DNA of 64,000 nucleotides from Clostridia bacterium. GTDB lineage: Bacteria > Bacillota > Clostridia > Christensenellales > QALW01. The stretch lies in NCBI GenBank assembly GCA_045600145.1, contig JAZRXI010000008.1, forward strand, positions 433 to 64,432, in the 5' to 3' direction. The position numbers were made by a program, and so were the translations under genes. This document shows positions 40,276-50,067 of the stretch, piece after piece (the first letter of the stretch is position 1; each line of letters opens with the position of its first letter). Below the pieces are notes generated by a model. The model searched no databases, was not told the DNA's origin, and saw only the letters and a list, made by a program, of their open reading frames with translations.

Positions 40276-42010
40276 TTGCGTCACCCCCGTTCGTCTGCTG
40301 TTCATATACCTCACGGTAGATGTTGCTTATCTGCATGAGCTCGTCATGATTTCCGACAGCAGTGACTTTGCCGTGTTCAAGCACTATTATCATGTCTGCA
40401 TCCTTGATCGAAGCGATACGCTGAGCGATTATCAGCTTTGTGGTCTCGGGAATGTACTCTCTGAATGCCGCACGGATGAGCGCATCGGTCTTTGTATCTA
40501 CTGCGCTCGTTGAATCATCGAGAATAAGTATTTTCGGATTTTTGAGCAATGCACGTGCTATACACAGACGCTGCTTCTGTCCGCCGGAAACGTTCGTGCC
40601 GCCCTGCTCAATCCTTGTATCGTATTTATCGGGGAAGCTCTGAACGAAATCATCCGCCTGCGCGAGCTTGCATGCGGCAATGATTTCTTCATCTGTGGCA
40701 TCGGGATTACCCCAAAGCAGATTTTCACGTATCGTTCCCGAAAACAACAGATTCTTCTGAAGCACCATGGCGACCGATGAACGCAATGTGTTCAGGTCGT
40801 AATCCTTGACATTCTTGCCACCTACAAGGATCTCGCCATCCGTAACGTCATAAAGTCGCGGTATGAGTTGTACGAGCGATGATTTGCTCGAGCCGATACC
40901 GCCGATGATGCCGACAGTCATACCGGATGCTATGTGCAAATCAATACCTTCAAGCGAATACTTGCGTGCTCCGCGTGTGTACTTGAAGCTTACGTTGTTG
41001 AAATCTATAGAGCCGTCTGCAACTTCGTGCACGGGATTTTCCGGATTCTTAAGTGACGGGGTCTCGTCAAGCACTTCGGAAATACGCTTGATCGATTCAG
41101 ATGACATTGTAAGCATGACATATATCATCGAAAGCATCATGAGCTGCATGAGTACCTGGAAGCCGTATGTAAGCATCGCCGACATTTCACCGATATCAAT
41201 AATCGTGCCACCGCTTGAAATGACCATTTTTGAGCCTATCAGCATAACGAATGCCATGTTGAAGTAAACGCAGAACTGCATTATGGGATTGTTCAGTGCA
41301 ACGATACGCTCGGCTCTCGTGAAATCCTTGCGGATGTTGTCTGATGCCGCACTGAATTTTTCTTTTTCGAACTCCTCTCGCGAGAAGCCCTTTACGACAC
41401 GCATCGCGCGCACGTTTTCCTCAATTGATTCGTTCAGCTTATCGTACTTTTTGAAAACACGTCTGAATGCGGGCATCGCGTACTTGGCAACTATGAGAAG
41501 CCCGAATGTCAGTATCGGGATTATTACGACGAATGTAAGCGCGAGCTTGCCGCCCATTATCATCGCCATTATGACAGAGAAAATGAGCATCAAGGGGGCG
41601 CGTACCGCTATTCGTATTATCATCATATACGACATTTGCACGTTGTTGATATCAGTGGTAAGACGTGTCACGAGCGATGACGATGAAAACTTATCTATGT
41701 TTTCAAAGGTGTACGTCTGTATTTTTGCAAAGATATCATGCCGCAAGTTTTTTGCAAAGCCCGCGGACGCCTTTGAGCATGTGAAGCCGGCTATGCCGCC
41801 GCAGCAGAGTGAAAGCAACGCCATGACCGTAAGCGTAAGTCCCGTCTTGATGATAGCGCTCATCTCAACGCCCGCTTTGATTCTGTCAACGAGGTTGCCC
41901 GTTATGAACGGGATAAACGCTTCGATAACGGCTTCGCAAACGATAAAAATGAGCGTAAGTATTGTAGGAGTTTTATATTCTCTTACACATTTGATAAACC
42001 GTTTGAACAT
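40265..42010 (-). CDS. ABC transporter permease/ATPase (type I exporter half)
   Basis: 6-TM domain plus GGIGSSKSS Walker A, VSGGQKQR signature, ILDDSTS Walker B; likely a heterodimer with 38380..40275. Confidence 0.9.
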   Translation of the reverse strand: MFKRFIKCVREYKTPTILTLIFIVCEAVIEAFIPFITGNLVDRIKAGVEMSAIIKTGLTLTVMALLSLCCGGIAGFTCSKASAGFAKNLRHDIFAKIQTYTFENIDKFSSSSLVTRLTTDINNVQMSYMMIIRIAVRAPLMLIFSVIMAMIMGGKLALTFVVIIPILTFGLLIVAKYAMPAFRRVFKKYDKLNESIEENVRAMRVVKGFSREEFEKEKFSAASDNIRKDFTRAERIVALNNPIMQFCVYFNMAFVMLIGSKMVISSGGTIIDIGEMSAMLTYGFQVLMQLMMLSMIYVMLTMSSESIKRISEVLDETPSLKNPENPVHEVADGSIDFNNVSFKYTRGARKYSLEGIDLHIASGMTVGIIGGIGSSKSSLVQLIPRLYDVTDGEILVGGKNVKDYDLNTLRSSVAMVLQKNLLFSGTIRENLLWGNPDATDEEIIAACKLAQADDFVQSFPDKYDTRIEQGGTNVSGGQKQRLCIARALLKNPKILILDDSTSAVDTKTDALIRAAFREYIPETTKLIIAQRIASIKDADMIIVLEHGKVTAVGNHDELMQISNIYREVYEQQTNGGDANEK

Positions 42011-42123
42011 TGTACAAAATCCTTTCGTCAAAATGTATAAGTATTATTATATACCTAATAAATTTTTTTGGATGATAAATATGAAAAGAAAAAGTGAATA
42101 TTGTATAAAAATGTACCTTATTC

Positions 42124-42158
42124 CCAAAAAGAAAAGCGCCGGTAAGCTTTACTTACCG
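42124..42158 (-). terminator. intrinsic terminator
   Basis: Minus-sense CGGTAAG-N5-CTTACCG then GCGCTTTTCTTTTT. Confidence 0.55.
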
Positions 42159-42171
42159 ACACATAAACATA

Positions 42172-43314
42172 TCAGTTCCACTTATACTCTTCAAGAAAGC
42201 GTGAATGAAATTCTTCGTTTTCCGTGATATTGAAGCGCTTGAGGCATTCGCGGCATGCGCCGTATACCGGAGGAAGATCCGGAATGACCATTTCCGTTTC
42301 GGCGGGGCAGAGCGTCAACAGCTTCGGAATGATTATATCCGAAAAATTCTCAAGTATGCCGCCACAGCCGACGATTTTCGATGCTTTGTTCTCCGAAGCC
42401 ACGGTAATGAGCTTTCCGAGATGTGCGATGTTGCGGTCGATTATCGCTTCCGCGAGCTTGTCGCCCGATTTATATGCCTCAAATACAAGCGGCGCCATCG
42501 AGGCTATATATGCCTTGCCTTTTTTGTAAATTATATCTACGGAATCCCATACCTTGCCGCCGAGTTTTTTGCAAAGGAGCGGATATATCGCCGAATACTC
42601 GCCGAGACCGTCCTCGTAAGCGATACATGCTGATATCGCATCCCTGCCGAGGTCGTAGCCGCTTCCGGCAGTATCAAAAAGATATCCCCAACCTCCGAAG
42701 CGAACGGGAACGTTTTTTTTCTTGGAATATACGACCGAGCCCGTACCGCAGATTATCGCAAGCTCCGTGGTGTTGTCACCTGACGAAAGCACGTTTATCG
42801 CATCGTTTTCTATTTCAAAAGGAAGATGTCTGTAGCGCTCCGACAGCAATGATTTAAGCTGTGCCTTGTTGTCGCCCGCACCGATCCCGGAAAGCCCCGC
42901 AAACACGCCCGCGATATCGGGGTGCTCAATAAGACATGAATCTATTCCTTGGACGAGGATGCCGACACACCCCTCCATGGTGATGTCGTTGGGGTTTGAG
43001 CCGGAAAGCTTTATGCGCTTAAGTACTCTGCCGGACGGAGTGAATAAAACAAATTCCGTCTTTGTTGCGCCGCCGTCTATGCCCAGAAATATCGGCTCAT
43101 ATTCGGTATGCTGCTTCAAAAGCTTATCAATTGAAATGTTGAACAGCTCAGAAAGCTTTACGATGTTGTCAAGGTCAGGCGGTGCCGCGCCGCGTTCCCA
43201 ATTTGAAACCGCCTGAAAGCTTATGAGAAGCTTCTGGGCAAGCTCGCTCTGCGTAAGTCCGAGTGATTTGCGGTAGAATTTGATGTTTTCCCCCAATGCT
43301 GAAATATTGAGCAT
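42172..43314 (-). CDS. XRE HTH domain fused to a BadF/BadG/BcrA/BcrD-type (N-acetylglucosamine kinase-like) ATPase domain
   Basis: N-terminus IKFYRKSLGLTQSELAQKLLISFQAVSNWERG; then LGIDGGATKTEFVLF and ICGTGS sugar-kinase/ASKHA motifs. Confidence 0.7.
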   Translation of the reverse strand: MLNISALGENIKFYRKSLGLTQSELAQKLLISFQAVSNWERGAAPPDLDNIVKLSELFNISIDKLLKQHTEYEPIFLGIDGGATKTEFVLFTPSGRVLKRIKLSGSNPNDITMEGCVGILVQGIDSCLIEHPDIAGVFAGLSGIGAGDNKAQLKSLLSERYRHLPFEIENDAINVLSSGDNTTELAIICGTGSVVYSKKKNVPVRFGGWGYLFDTAGSGYDLGRDAISACIAYEDGLGEYSAIYPLLCKKLGGKVWDSVDIIYKKGKAYIASMAPLVFEAYKSGDKLAEAIIDRNIAHLGKLITVASENKASKIVGCGGILENFSDIIIPKLLTLCPAETEMVIPDLPPVYGACRECLKRFNITENEEFHSRFLEEYKWN

Positions 43315-43458
43315 ATGCGTTCTCCCCTTTGCAAATGAAATCATAGCTTAATTATAAGGGATTGTTGCCGTTATTTCAATAATCTAATTACTTGAATATC
43401 ACTTTTCCACTAAAGCAATAATAGAATTACCCATATATTATTTTCGATTTTGCACGAA

Positions 43459-44265
43459 TTATTCAAATATAGCTCTATCGTTTTTTGTGTTTCCCAAAAG
43501 GTCGCTTCTGTTGAATTCGGCGACAAGGTCATCGGCGGCATATGCCATTTTTGGTGCAACGGGTATCGCAAGCTCCATTGCGGTTTGCTGAAAGCCGAGT
43601 GTCTTTGTGTAGTAGAATATTATCGCGTCCTGCCCGTGTATTTCCTTGCGCTCAACGCGGTGATATGTTATTCCGCGGTCGCCGAAATAGCATACCTTAC
43701 CGCAGTACCATATTCCGCCGCGTGAGAAGATTATTTCCTTTGCATCACCCATGATAAGCGTGCGCAGACGCAGCAGAAGATATTGCGAATACGGTAATTC
43801 AACAATTGCACATATGAGCAGAAATGCTGAAATAACAAGAAAAACTATGCCGAGATAATGCGCCACGGAATTAAACAGCATTATCAAGCCGATAACAAGC
43901 ACTATTACGGCGCCGAGCAGAAAATTGAACGATTTCGTCTTTTTCTCATGACGTGCCATCTTGCGGTAAAAGCGGTATATCGTCTCGGGCTTATACTTCC
44001 ACACGGCGTACAGCTTTTCGTAGATCACATCCGCTTTATTCTGCTTCATCGAAGCTGTAACACTGATTATTATTCCGCCGACGAAAGCGAAGAATGCCAT
44101 TACAAAAATGTAATACAGCGTTTCGGTATACATATCATCGGCAAGCATTTTCGCAATGATCGCAGCAGTGACCACAGACGCGACGAGCAAAAGCACACCG
44201 GCATATTTCAATATGTCGATATGTCTTTGATACGCGGTATTTACCTTTTTTTTATTTCGCTTCAT
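43459..44265 (-). CDS. membrane protein, unknown function (paralogue of 44252..44890)
   Basis: 268 aa; 2+2 TM layout with a basic loop and a soluble C-terminal domain of about 90 aa. Confidence 0.6.
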   Translation of the reverse strand: MKRNKKKVNTAYQRHIDILKYAGVLLLVASVVTAAIIAKMLADDMYTETLYYIFVMAFFAFVGGIIISVTASMKQNKADVIYEKLYAVWKYKPETIYRFYRKMARHEKKTKSFNFLLGAVIVLVIGLIMLFNSVAHYLGIVFLVISAFLLICAIVELPYSQYLLLRLRTLIMGDAKEIIFSRGGIWYCGKVCYFGDRGITYHRVERKEIHGQDAIIFYYTKTLGFQQTAMELAIPVAPKMAYAADDLVAEFNRSDLLGNTKNDRAIFE

Positions 44266-44890
44266 AGAATGCCTTCAAATCCTTCAAAAAGTCATCAACG
44301 TCCTGTTTTTTATCATCGGGTATTTCAAACGAAAGTACTGCTTCTTCTTTTTTATGCAAAACGGTGAGCTTAAGTGTTCCGTTTTCATCAGAAGCGTGTG
44401 TGATTCCCTTTGAGTATCCGTTGAACACCTCCGCTTTGCCGTTTATTATAATTCCCTGATGCGAAAGTACAAAACCGGGCATCTGCGCTTTTTTTGCACT
44501 GACGCGCTTTATCGCCATGAGCCACCAGCCGAGCACGGCGAATGCTACCGCAAGCGCGCCGAGCAATGCACATAAATATCCCGTTTCCTTAAACACAAGG
44601 AAGCATCCGGTCACGGCACCGCAGGCACAGCTGATCATATACGGCAGCTTTGAATGTTTTTGTTCTTTTGCTTCGCCCGTTTCCCACGAAACTATCTTTT
44701 TAGCAAAAAGAAAATCGTATTTTGCCATTTGGAACTTTGCTATTGACAGTATCGCGTACGCAAGCACAAGCATACCGAACAGTATCATTATTATAAAAAA
44801 AAGCGTCCCTTTTGCACCGAACACCGGGCGGTTTGTCAGCGGTATCAGCAACGCACATACAAACGAGGTTATAAGGAACATTATATCCAT
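44252..44890 (-). CDS. membrane protein, unknown function (paralogue of 43459..44265)
   Basis: 212 aa; the same 2+2 TM plus C-terminal domain layout; starts 4 nt after the galT stop. Confidence 0.6.
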   Translation of the reverse strand: MDIMFLITSFVCALLIPLTNRPVFGAKGTLFFIIMILFGMLVLAYAILSIAKFQMAKYDFLFAKKIVSWETGEAKEQKHSKLPYMISCACGAVTGCFLVFKETGYLCALLGALAVAFAVLGWWLMAIKRVSAKKAQMPGFVLSHQGIIINGKAEVFNGYSKGITHASDENGTLKLTVLHKKEEAVLSFEIPDDKKQDVDDFLKDLKAFYEAK

Positions 44891-44893
44891 GCT

Positions 44894-46387
44894 TTACACC
44901 CCGAAACCGCAGGCTTCAAGGAAACGTTTAAGTCCGGCACGTCCCGTTTCATCTTCTTTATATACTCCCGCGTCACGCAGTACATTTTCGCAAACGCCGC
45001 CAACGAGCTGATACAAATGCGCTTTTGCGTCATCAATATTTTTTGGTGAATATGTATTTTTGAAGCTCTCATACCATGTTTTATGAATATTCTCGACGCT
45101 TCTGCCTTCGACCCACGCGGTCGCGATATCTTCAAGCTCTGTTTTAAGTCTGCCGGGCAGGATGAACAAGCCCATTACCTCGATAAGGCCTATATTTTCT
45201 TTCTTGATGTTGTGCTTGTCGGGATGCGGGTGATATACTCCGAGCGGAAGCTCATCCGTCGTCAGATTATTGCGCAGAACGATATCACATTCGTATAAGC
45301 CGTCGGAATTTATTCTTGCGATAGGCGTTATCGTGTTATGCTCATTCCCGTCGGTGAATGCGTAAATATTAAGAGCTTCATCGGAATATCCTTGCCATGT
45401 CTTGAGGATATGGTTCGCAAGAGGGATCAGCTCTTGGTAATCGCTTGATGTCAGACGCAGACATGTCATTGGCCAATCGACCACCTGCGCTTTTACATTT
45501 TTGTTGCCGCAATCGAAGAAATACAGTGGCTTTGCTTTTTCCATCGGCATTATGTGGCGTCCGCCCTGGAAATGTTCGTGTGTGAGTATTGAACCTCCTA
45601 CAACGGGAAGCTGTGTGTTCGAGCCGATAAAGTAATGCGGGAATTTATTGATAAAATCAAACAGACGGACAAATTTTCTCTCATTCATTGTCATCGGCGT
45701 ATGCTTTTCGCAAAATACGATGCAATGCTCGTCATAGTAAACATACGGACTGTATTGAAAATACCATGTTTCGCCGTCAAGCTCGACCGGGACGGTACGG
45801 AGCGTCTCGTGTGACGGATAGCCGAGCCTACCACCGTAACCGATGTTTTCGAGGCAGAGCATGCACTTGGGATAATTCGTCTGCGGCATGGATTTTTGTT
45901 TTTCTATCTCTTTCGGGTCTTTTTCGGGTTTTGTAAGGTTTATCGTTATTTCCATTGTGCCGTATTGCGATTCATAATCATACTTGATATTTTTCGCAAT
46001 ATCGAATGTTCTTATATAGTTGACATCGCGGCAGAGATCGTAAAACCAATCTGTAGCTTTTTGCGGACTTTCGGCGTAAAGATGCGCGAATATATCCTGT
46101 GCTTGCGATTGCATCATCAAAAGACAGCCGCAAATTTTCGTGTCGAACATCGCGCGGTATGCGGGAGTGTTCATTTCAAGCATGCCGTTTTCCGCGGCAT
46201 AGTCGACCATTTCTTCAAGGATCGGTACGAGCGAATCGGGGATATCGATTTCTCCCTCAAACGGCGACGGCTGATCAAAAAGGATCATAAGTCTGTTGCG
46301 CACGAGCGGCTCATCCGCTTTCATACACAGCCCTTTTTTTACAGCAAAGCGTGTACATATCTCGATTAGTTGTTTTATGTCTTTCAT
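44894..46387 (-). CDS. galT: UDP-glucose--hexose-1-phosphate uridylyltransferase (type 2 GalT)
   Basis: 497 aa; GGSILTHEHFQGG active-site region. Confidence 0.9.
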   Translation of the reverse strand: MKDIKQLIEICTRFAVKKGLCMKADEPLVRNRLMILFDQPSPFEGEIDIPDSLVPILEEMVDYAAENGMLEMNTPAYRAMFDTKICGCLLMMQSQAQDIFAHLYAESPQKATDWFYDLCRDVNYIRTFDIAKNIKYDYESQYGTMEITINLTKPEKDPKEIEKQKSMPQTNYPKCMLCLENIGYGGRLGYPSHETLRTVPVELDGETWYFQYSPYVYYDEHCIVFCEKHTPMTMNERKFVRLFDFINKFPHYFIGSNTQLPVVGGSILTHEHFQGGRHIMPMEKAKPLYFFDCGNKNVKAQVVDWPMTCLRLTSSDYQELIPLANHILKTWQGYSDEALNIYAFTDGNEHNTITPIARINSDGLYECDIVLRNNLTTDELPLGVYHPHPDKHNIKKENIGLIEVMGLFILPGRLKTELEDIATAWVEGRSVENIHKTWYESFKNTYSPKNIDDAKAHLYQLVGGVCENVLRDAGVYKEDETGRAGLKRFLEACGFGV

Positions 46388-46418
46388 AGGTGTTCCTCCG
46401 TAATATGATTCTCAGTAT

Positions 46419-46447
46419 ATAATAAAATAAATAACGCGATTTGTCAA
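46419..46447 (-). promoter_or_regulatory. putative galT promoter
   Basis: Minus-sense TTGACA (46442-46447), 17 nt, TATTAT (46419-46424). Confidence 0.5.
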
Positions 46448-46455
46448 TAAAACTG

Positions 46456-46484
46456 TTGTTTATCGGTGCAAAACATGTTATAAT
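46456..46484 (+). promoter_or_regulatory. putative galK promoter (extended -10)
   Basis: TTGTTT (46456-46461), 17 nt, TGtTATAAT (-10 at 46479-46484). Confidence 0.5.
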
Positions 46485-46511
46485 ATAAAAAAATACTTGA
46501 GAGGTACATTT

Positions 46512-47774
46512 ATGAAGTTTATTGATGATATCAAAAACACACAGGAGCTTAAAAAGATTTACGGTGACGGCGCCAAGCAGCAGCTTGAAAGATATGAGAG
46601 AATCAAAAGCAGATTTGAAGAGCTTTTCGGCGCGGGAGATGTAAGATTCTTTTCGACATCGGGGCGCAGTGAGATAATCGGTAATCACACCGATCACAAT
46701 CACGGTTGTGTCATGGCGGCGGGAATAAATCTTGATGCCGTCGCATGTGTGCGTAAAAACGACACGATGAAGATAACCTTTGTATCCGAAGGCTACGCAG
46801 ATAAGAATGAAATCGACCTCAACTCGCTTGACATGAATATCGCCGAGCGCGGCACGACAAAATCACTGATTCGCGGAATAGCGTATCGCATGCAGAATGA
46901 CCTCGGAATGAAAATCGGCGGCTTCGACGCGTATGTTCAATCCGATGTTTTCCGCGGAAGCGGGCTGTCGTCTTCGGCGGCGATAGAGGTGCTTATCTAC
47001 ACGATTTTCAATTACTTATATAACGACGGCAAGCTTGACAATGTTGAAGGCGCAAAGACGAGTCAATGGGCGGAAAATAATTATTTCGGCAAGCCCTGCG
47101 GACTTATGGATCAGACCGCGTGTGCGCTCGGCAAGCTCGTATTTATTGATTTCAATGATCCCTCCGCTCCCGTTATCAACGGCATTGATTTCGACCTTGC
47201 CAAAGAGGGCTATTCCATAATAATCACAGATGTCCACGCTGACCATGCGGACCTCACAAGTGAGTACGCCGCCATTACCGACGAAATGAAGAGCGTCTCC
47301 GCGTATTTCGGCAAAGAAACTCTGCGCGATGTGAACGAAAATCTTTTTTACGACAGTCTTGCCAGTCTGCGCGAAAATGTTTCTGACCGTGCGGTGCTTC
47401 GTGCAATACATTATTTTAATGAAAATAAACGTGTACTTTGTGCCGCGGAAGCTGTAAAGAACGGCAATATAAAGGATTTCTTAAATGCAGTAAACGAATC
47501 AGGAGAAAGCAGCTGGAAGCTTTTGCAGAACACACATGCCACAGGCTCCTCGTCGCAGGCAATGACACTTGCACTTGAGTTATCAAACCGCATTTTAGGC
47601 GAAAAAGGCGCGTCGCGCGTTCACGGCGGCGGCTTCGGCGGAACGATACTCGCTTTCGTTCCCAAAAGTGAAAAAGATAATTATATTTTCGAAATGGAAC
47701 GTGTTTTCGGCAAAGACGCCTGCGTCGAGCTTTCAGTTCGTCCGCTCGGTACAACAGAAGTTGAGATCAAATAA
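46512..47774 (+). CDS. galK: galactokinase
   Basis: GRSEIIGNHTDHNHG, GSGLSSSAA GHMP motifs. Confidence 0.92.
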   Translation: MKFIDDIKNTQELKKIYGDGAKQQLERYERIKSRFEELFGAGDVRFFSTSGRSEIIGNHTDHNHGCVMAAGINLDAVACVRKNDTMKITFVSEGYADKNEIDLNSLDMNIAERGTTKSLIRGIAYRMQNDLGMKIGGFDAYVQSDVFRGSGLSSSAAIEVLIYTIFNYLYNDGKLDNVEGAKTSQWAENNYFGKPCGLMDQTACALGKLVFIDFNDPSAPVINGIDFDLAKEGYSIIITDVHADHADLTSEYAAITDEMKSVSAYFGKETLRDVNENLFYDSLASLRENVSDRAVLRAIHYFNENKRVLCAAEAVKNGNIKDFLNAVNESGESSWKLLQNTHATGSSSQAMTLALELSNRILGEKGASRVHGGGFGGTILAFVPKSEKDNYIFEMERVFGKDACVELSVRPLGTTEVEIK

Positions 47775-47877
47775 TGGCTTCACTTCTGCGTGAATTCTGT
47801 TCTCCCATCCGTATGAAAAATGTCTCTGAAAGTACAAAAAGATAATCGCAAAGTACATGGCGTAATCACCGCCGATG

Positions 47878-47886
47878 TGCTATAAT
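47878..47886 (+). promoter_or_regulatory. extended -10 promoter (TGcTATAAT)
   Basis: The same 12-mer ATGTGCTATAAT occurs at 1041-1052; lies 30 nt upstream of ATG 47916. Confidence 0.45.
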
Positions 47887-47915
47887 CAAGGCATAAGATT
47901 ACGGGAGGAAAGAAA

Positions 47916-49184
47916 ATGAAAAAATTTGCTGTAACCATTCTCGGAGCGGGCAACCGAGGATTGGTGTTCGCCGAGCTTATGCAGGCACGCAAGGATGAGT
48001 TTGAGATAAGCGCAGTATGCGACGTCAATCCCAAACAGCTCGAAAATTGCAAGAAGCTACTCGATCTCACTGACGATAAGCTGTTCACAGACCCGAAAGA
48101 ATTCTTTGAGAAAAAGCGCGGTGATGTCATGGTCATCGCAACATATGACAAGGATCATGCACGTGAGTGTATAGCCGCCATGAAGCTCGGTTACGATATC
48201 CTGCTTGAAAAGCCGATAAGTGATTCAAGGGAAGAGATAGAAGAAATGCTTGCCGTGCAAAAGGCAACGGGACGAAAAGTAGCCGTATGTCATGAATTGC
48301 GTTACGGTGCGGCTTTTGTTAAGCTGAAGGAATTGCTTGACGCCGGTACGATAGGTCAGCTTATTGCTATAGACGCGATGGAACGTGTATATTATTGGCA
48401 TTTCGCACAGGCGTATGTACGCATTCAATCCAAGCACAACCATGACGGACATCCGATAATTCTGGCAAAGTGCAGCCATGACCTTGATCTTGTTCAAAGC
48501 TATGCCGGAGCTAAATGCGAATATGTAAGCTCCGTGGGTGATCTCAGATTCTTCAGAAAAGAGCAGGCACCTGAGAATTCGACAGAATACTGCCTCGACT
48601 GTCCCAATGTGGAGTCGTGTCCGTACAGCGCAAAACGAATCTATATCGACCGCTGGCATGAGCTTGGCGAGCCCGAATTCGTATGGCCGTTCAACAAGGT
48701 GTCGCTTAAAATGCCCACAACGGAAGAAGATCTCTACAATGGCATAAGAACGTCAAATTTCGGCAAGTGCGTTTTCAAATGTGCAAACGAGAGCAATGAG
48801 CATGTTGTTGACAATCAAATGGTGCAGATGCAGTTTGCAAACGGTGTAAAAGCAACACTCAAAATGGTGTTCGCTGAATGCGGTGGACGCAGGATAAACC
48901 TTTTCGGCACGCTCGGCGAGGTACTGCTTGACGAACGTGATAATAAACTTGAGATACGCCGCTACGGTCAAAAACCGGAGATTCTTGAAATAAATACCAT
49001 TGTCGAAAAAGGACATAACCACGGCGGCGGTGACCATAAGCTGGTGGACGAGCTTTATGGCATACTGACTGGGGAGAAAGAAAACGTCACTTCGCTTGAG
49101 GAATCAACTGAAAGTCACCTTATCGGCATCAGCGCCGAGGAATCACGTCTCTCCGGAGGAATAATGGTCAAGGTGCATAAGTAA
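47916..49184 (+). CDS. Gfo/Idh/MocA family oxidoreductase
   Basis: N-terminal Rossmann KFAVTILGAGNRG, EKP motif LLEKPIS. Confidence 0.8.
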   Translation: MKKFAVTILGAGNRGLVFAELMQARKDEFEISAVCDVNPKQLENCKKLLDLTDDKLFTDPKEFFEKKRGDVMVIATYDKDHARECIAAMKLGYDILLEKPISDSREEIEEMLAVQKATGRKVAVCHELRYGAAFVKLKELLDAGTIGQLIAIDAMERVYYWHFAQAYVRIQSKHNHDGHPIILAKCSHDLDLVQSYAGAKCEYVSSVGDLRFFRKEQAPENSTEYCLDCPNVESCPYSAKRIYIDRWHELGEPEFVWPFNKVSLKMPTTEEDLYNGIRTSNFGKCVFKCANESNEHVVDNQMVQMQFANGVKATLKMVFAECGGRRINLFGTLGEVLLDERDNKLEIRRYGQKPEILEINTIVEKGHNHGGGDHKLVDELYGILTGEKENVTSLEESTESHLIGISAEESRLSGGIMVKVHK

Positions 49185-49228
49185 AGCACATAAGCGAAAT
49201 CAAACAAGATGATACGGTAGAAAATGAA

Positions 49229-49262
49229 GTATCCGCCAAATGATTTTGACGGATACTTTTTT
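49229..49262 (+). terminator. intrinsic terminator
   Basis: GTATCCG-N14-CGGATAC followed by T6. Confidence 0.65.
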
Positions 49263-49275
49263 GTGTTCGTACTTC

Positions 49276-50052
49276 TTATGTTCTGTGCGGCTTGTAATCA
49301 AAGTTATCTACATACTGTCTTGTAGCTCTGAGCAACGGCTGGTCTTTTGTGGCGAGTTCGTTATATTCGGGAACGGTCAGCCACATGCAACAGCCGAGCA
49401 GAGGACCTATATTTCTGTGCATTTTGCAGTATGGACCGACGGAGAGGAACAGATACGGTATGTCAAGCTCTTTTTTGAGAAGTGATGCTGTTTTTAAGTT
49501 TTCAAGCATTTCTTCTTCTGTATTTGAAGCGGTAACGATCTTTGCAATATCGGCACCGCGTTTCTGATGCTCGGAAACGAGCGAAAGCACCTCGTCATGA
49601 TTCATGAAACGCATTGTGTGGCTCGACATAAGTACTTCAAGTCCGTTATCGTGCATTTTGTCGATGAGCTTTTTCTGCTTGCCTATGGCCGTTTCATTTT
49701 TTGTGATCTCATCGGGTGACTTGTCAAAGTAATCACCCATTATATCAACAAGTGTTCCTCCGGATTTACCGCATAAAAGAAGTGCATCGGCAAGCTCATC
49801 ATCTGTCATACCTTCGTTGAGTCCGCCGCGGTAGCAGGTTACATATACAGGCTTATCGTCGGCGAAATAGAACATGTTTTTGTAGTTTTCTTCGGTACGG
49901 AATTCCTTTGAAAACTGCTCTATCTGAAATCCGAGCGCGTCGGCACCGTCGAACATGCTCGTGCGCGCAAGCGAAATGAATTCATTCGGCGTGCGCACCT
50001 GTATCATTGACGTAAGCAGAGGCTTTTCGTGATTTAAGAATGTAGGCTTCAT
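49276..50052 (-). CDS. type I 3-dehydroquinate dehydratase (AroD)-like protein
   Basis: GADALGFQIE.., VTCYRGG, SSHT and GADIAKIV resemble AroD His/Lys positions; no other aro genes nearby. Confidence 0.5.
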   Translation of the reverse strand: MKPTFLNHEKPLLTSMIQVRTPNEFISLARTSMFDGADALGFQIEQFSKEFRTEENYKNMFYFADDKPVYVTCYRGGLNEGMTDDELADALLLCGKSGGTLVDIMGDYFDKSPDEITKNETAIGKQKKLIDKMHDNGLEVLMSSHTMRFMNHDEVLSLVSEHQKRGADIAKIVTASNTEEEMLENLKTASLLKKELDIPYLFLSVGPYCKMHRNIGPLLGCCMWLTVPEYNELATKDQPLLRATRQYVDNFDYKPHRT

Positions 50053-50067
50053 ATGCTTTTTTTCTCC

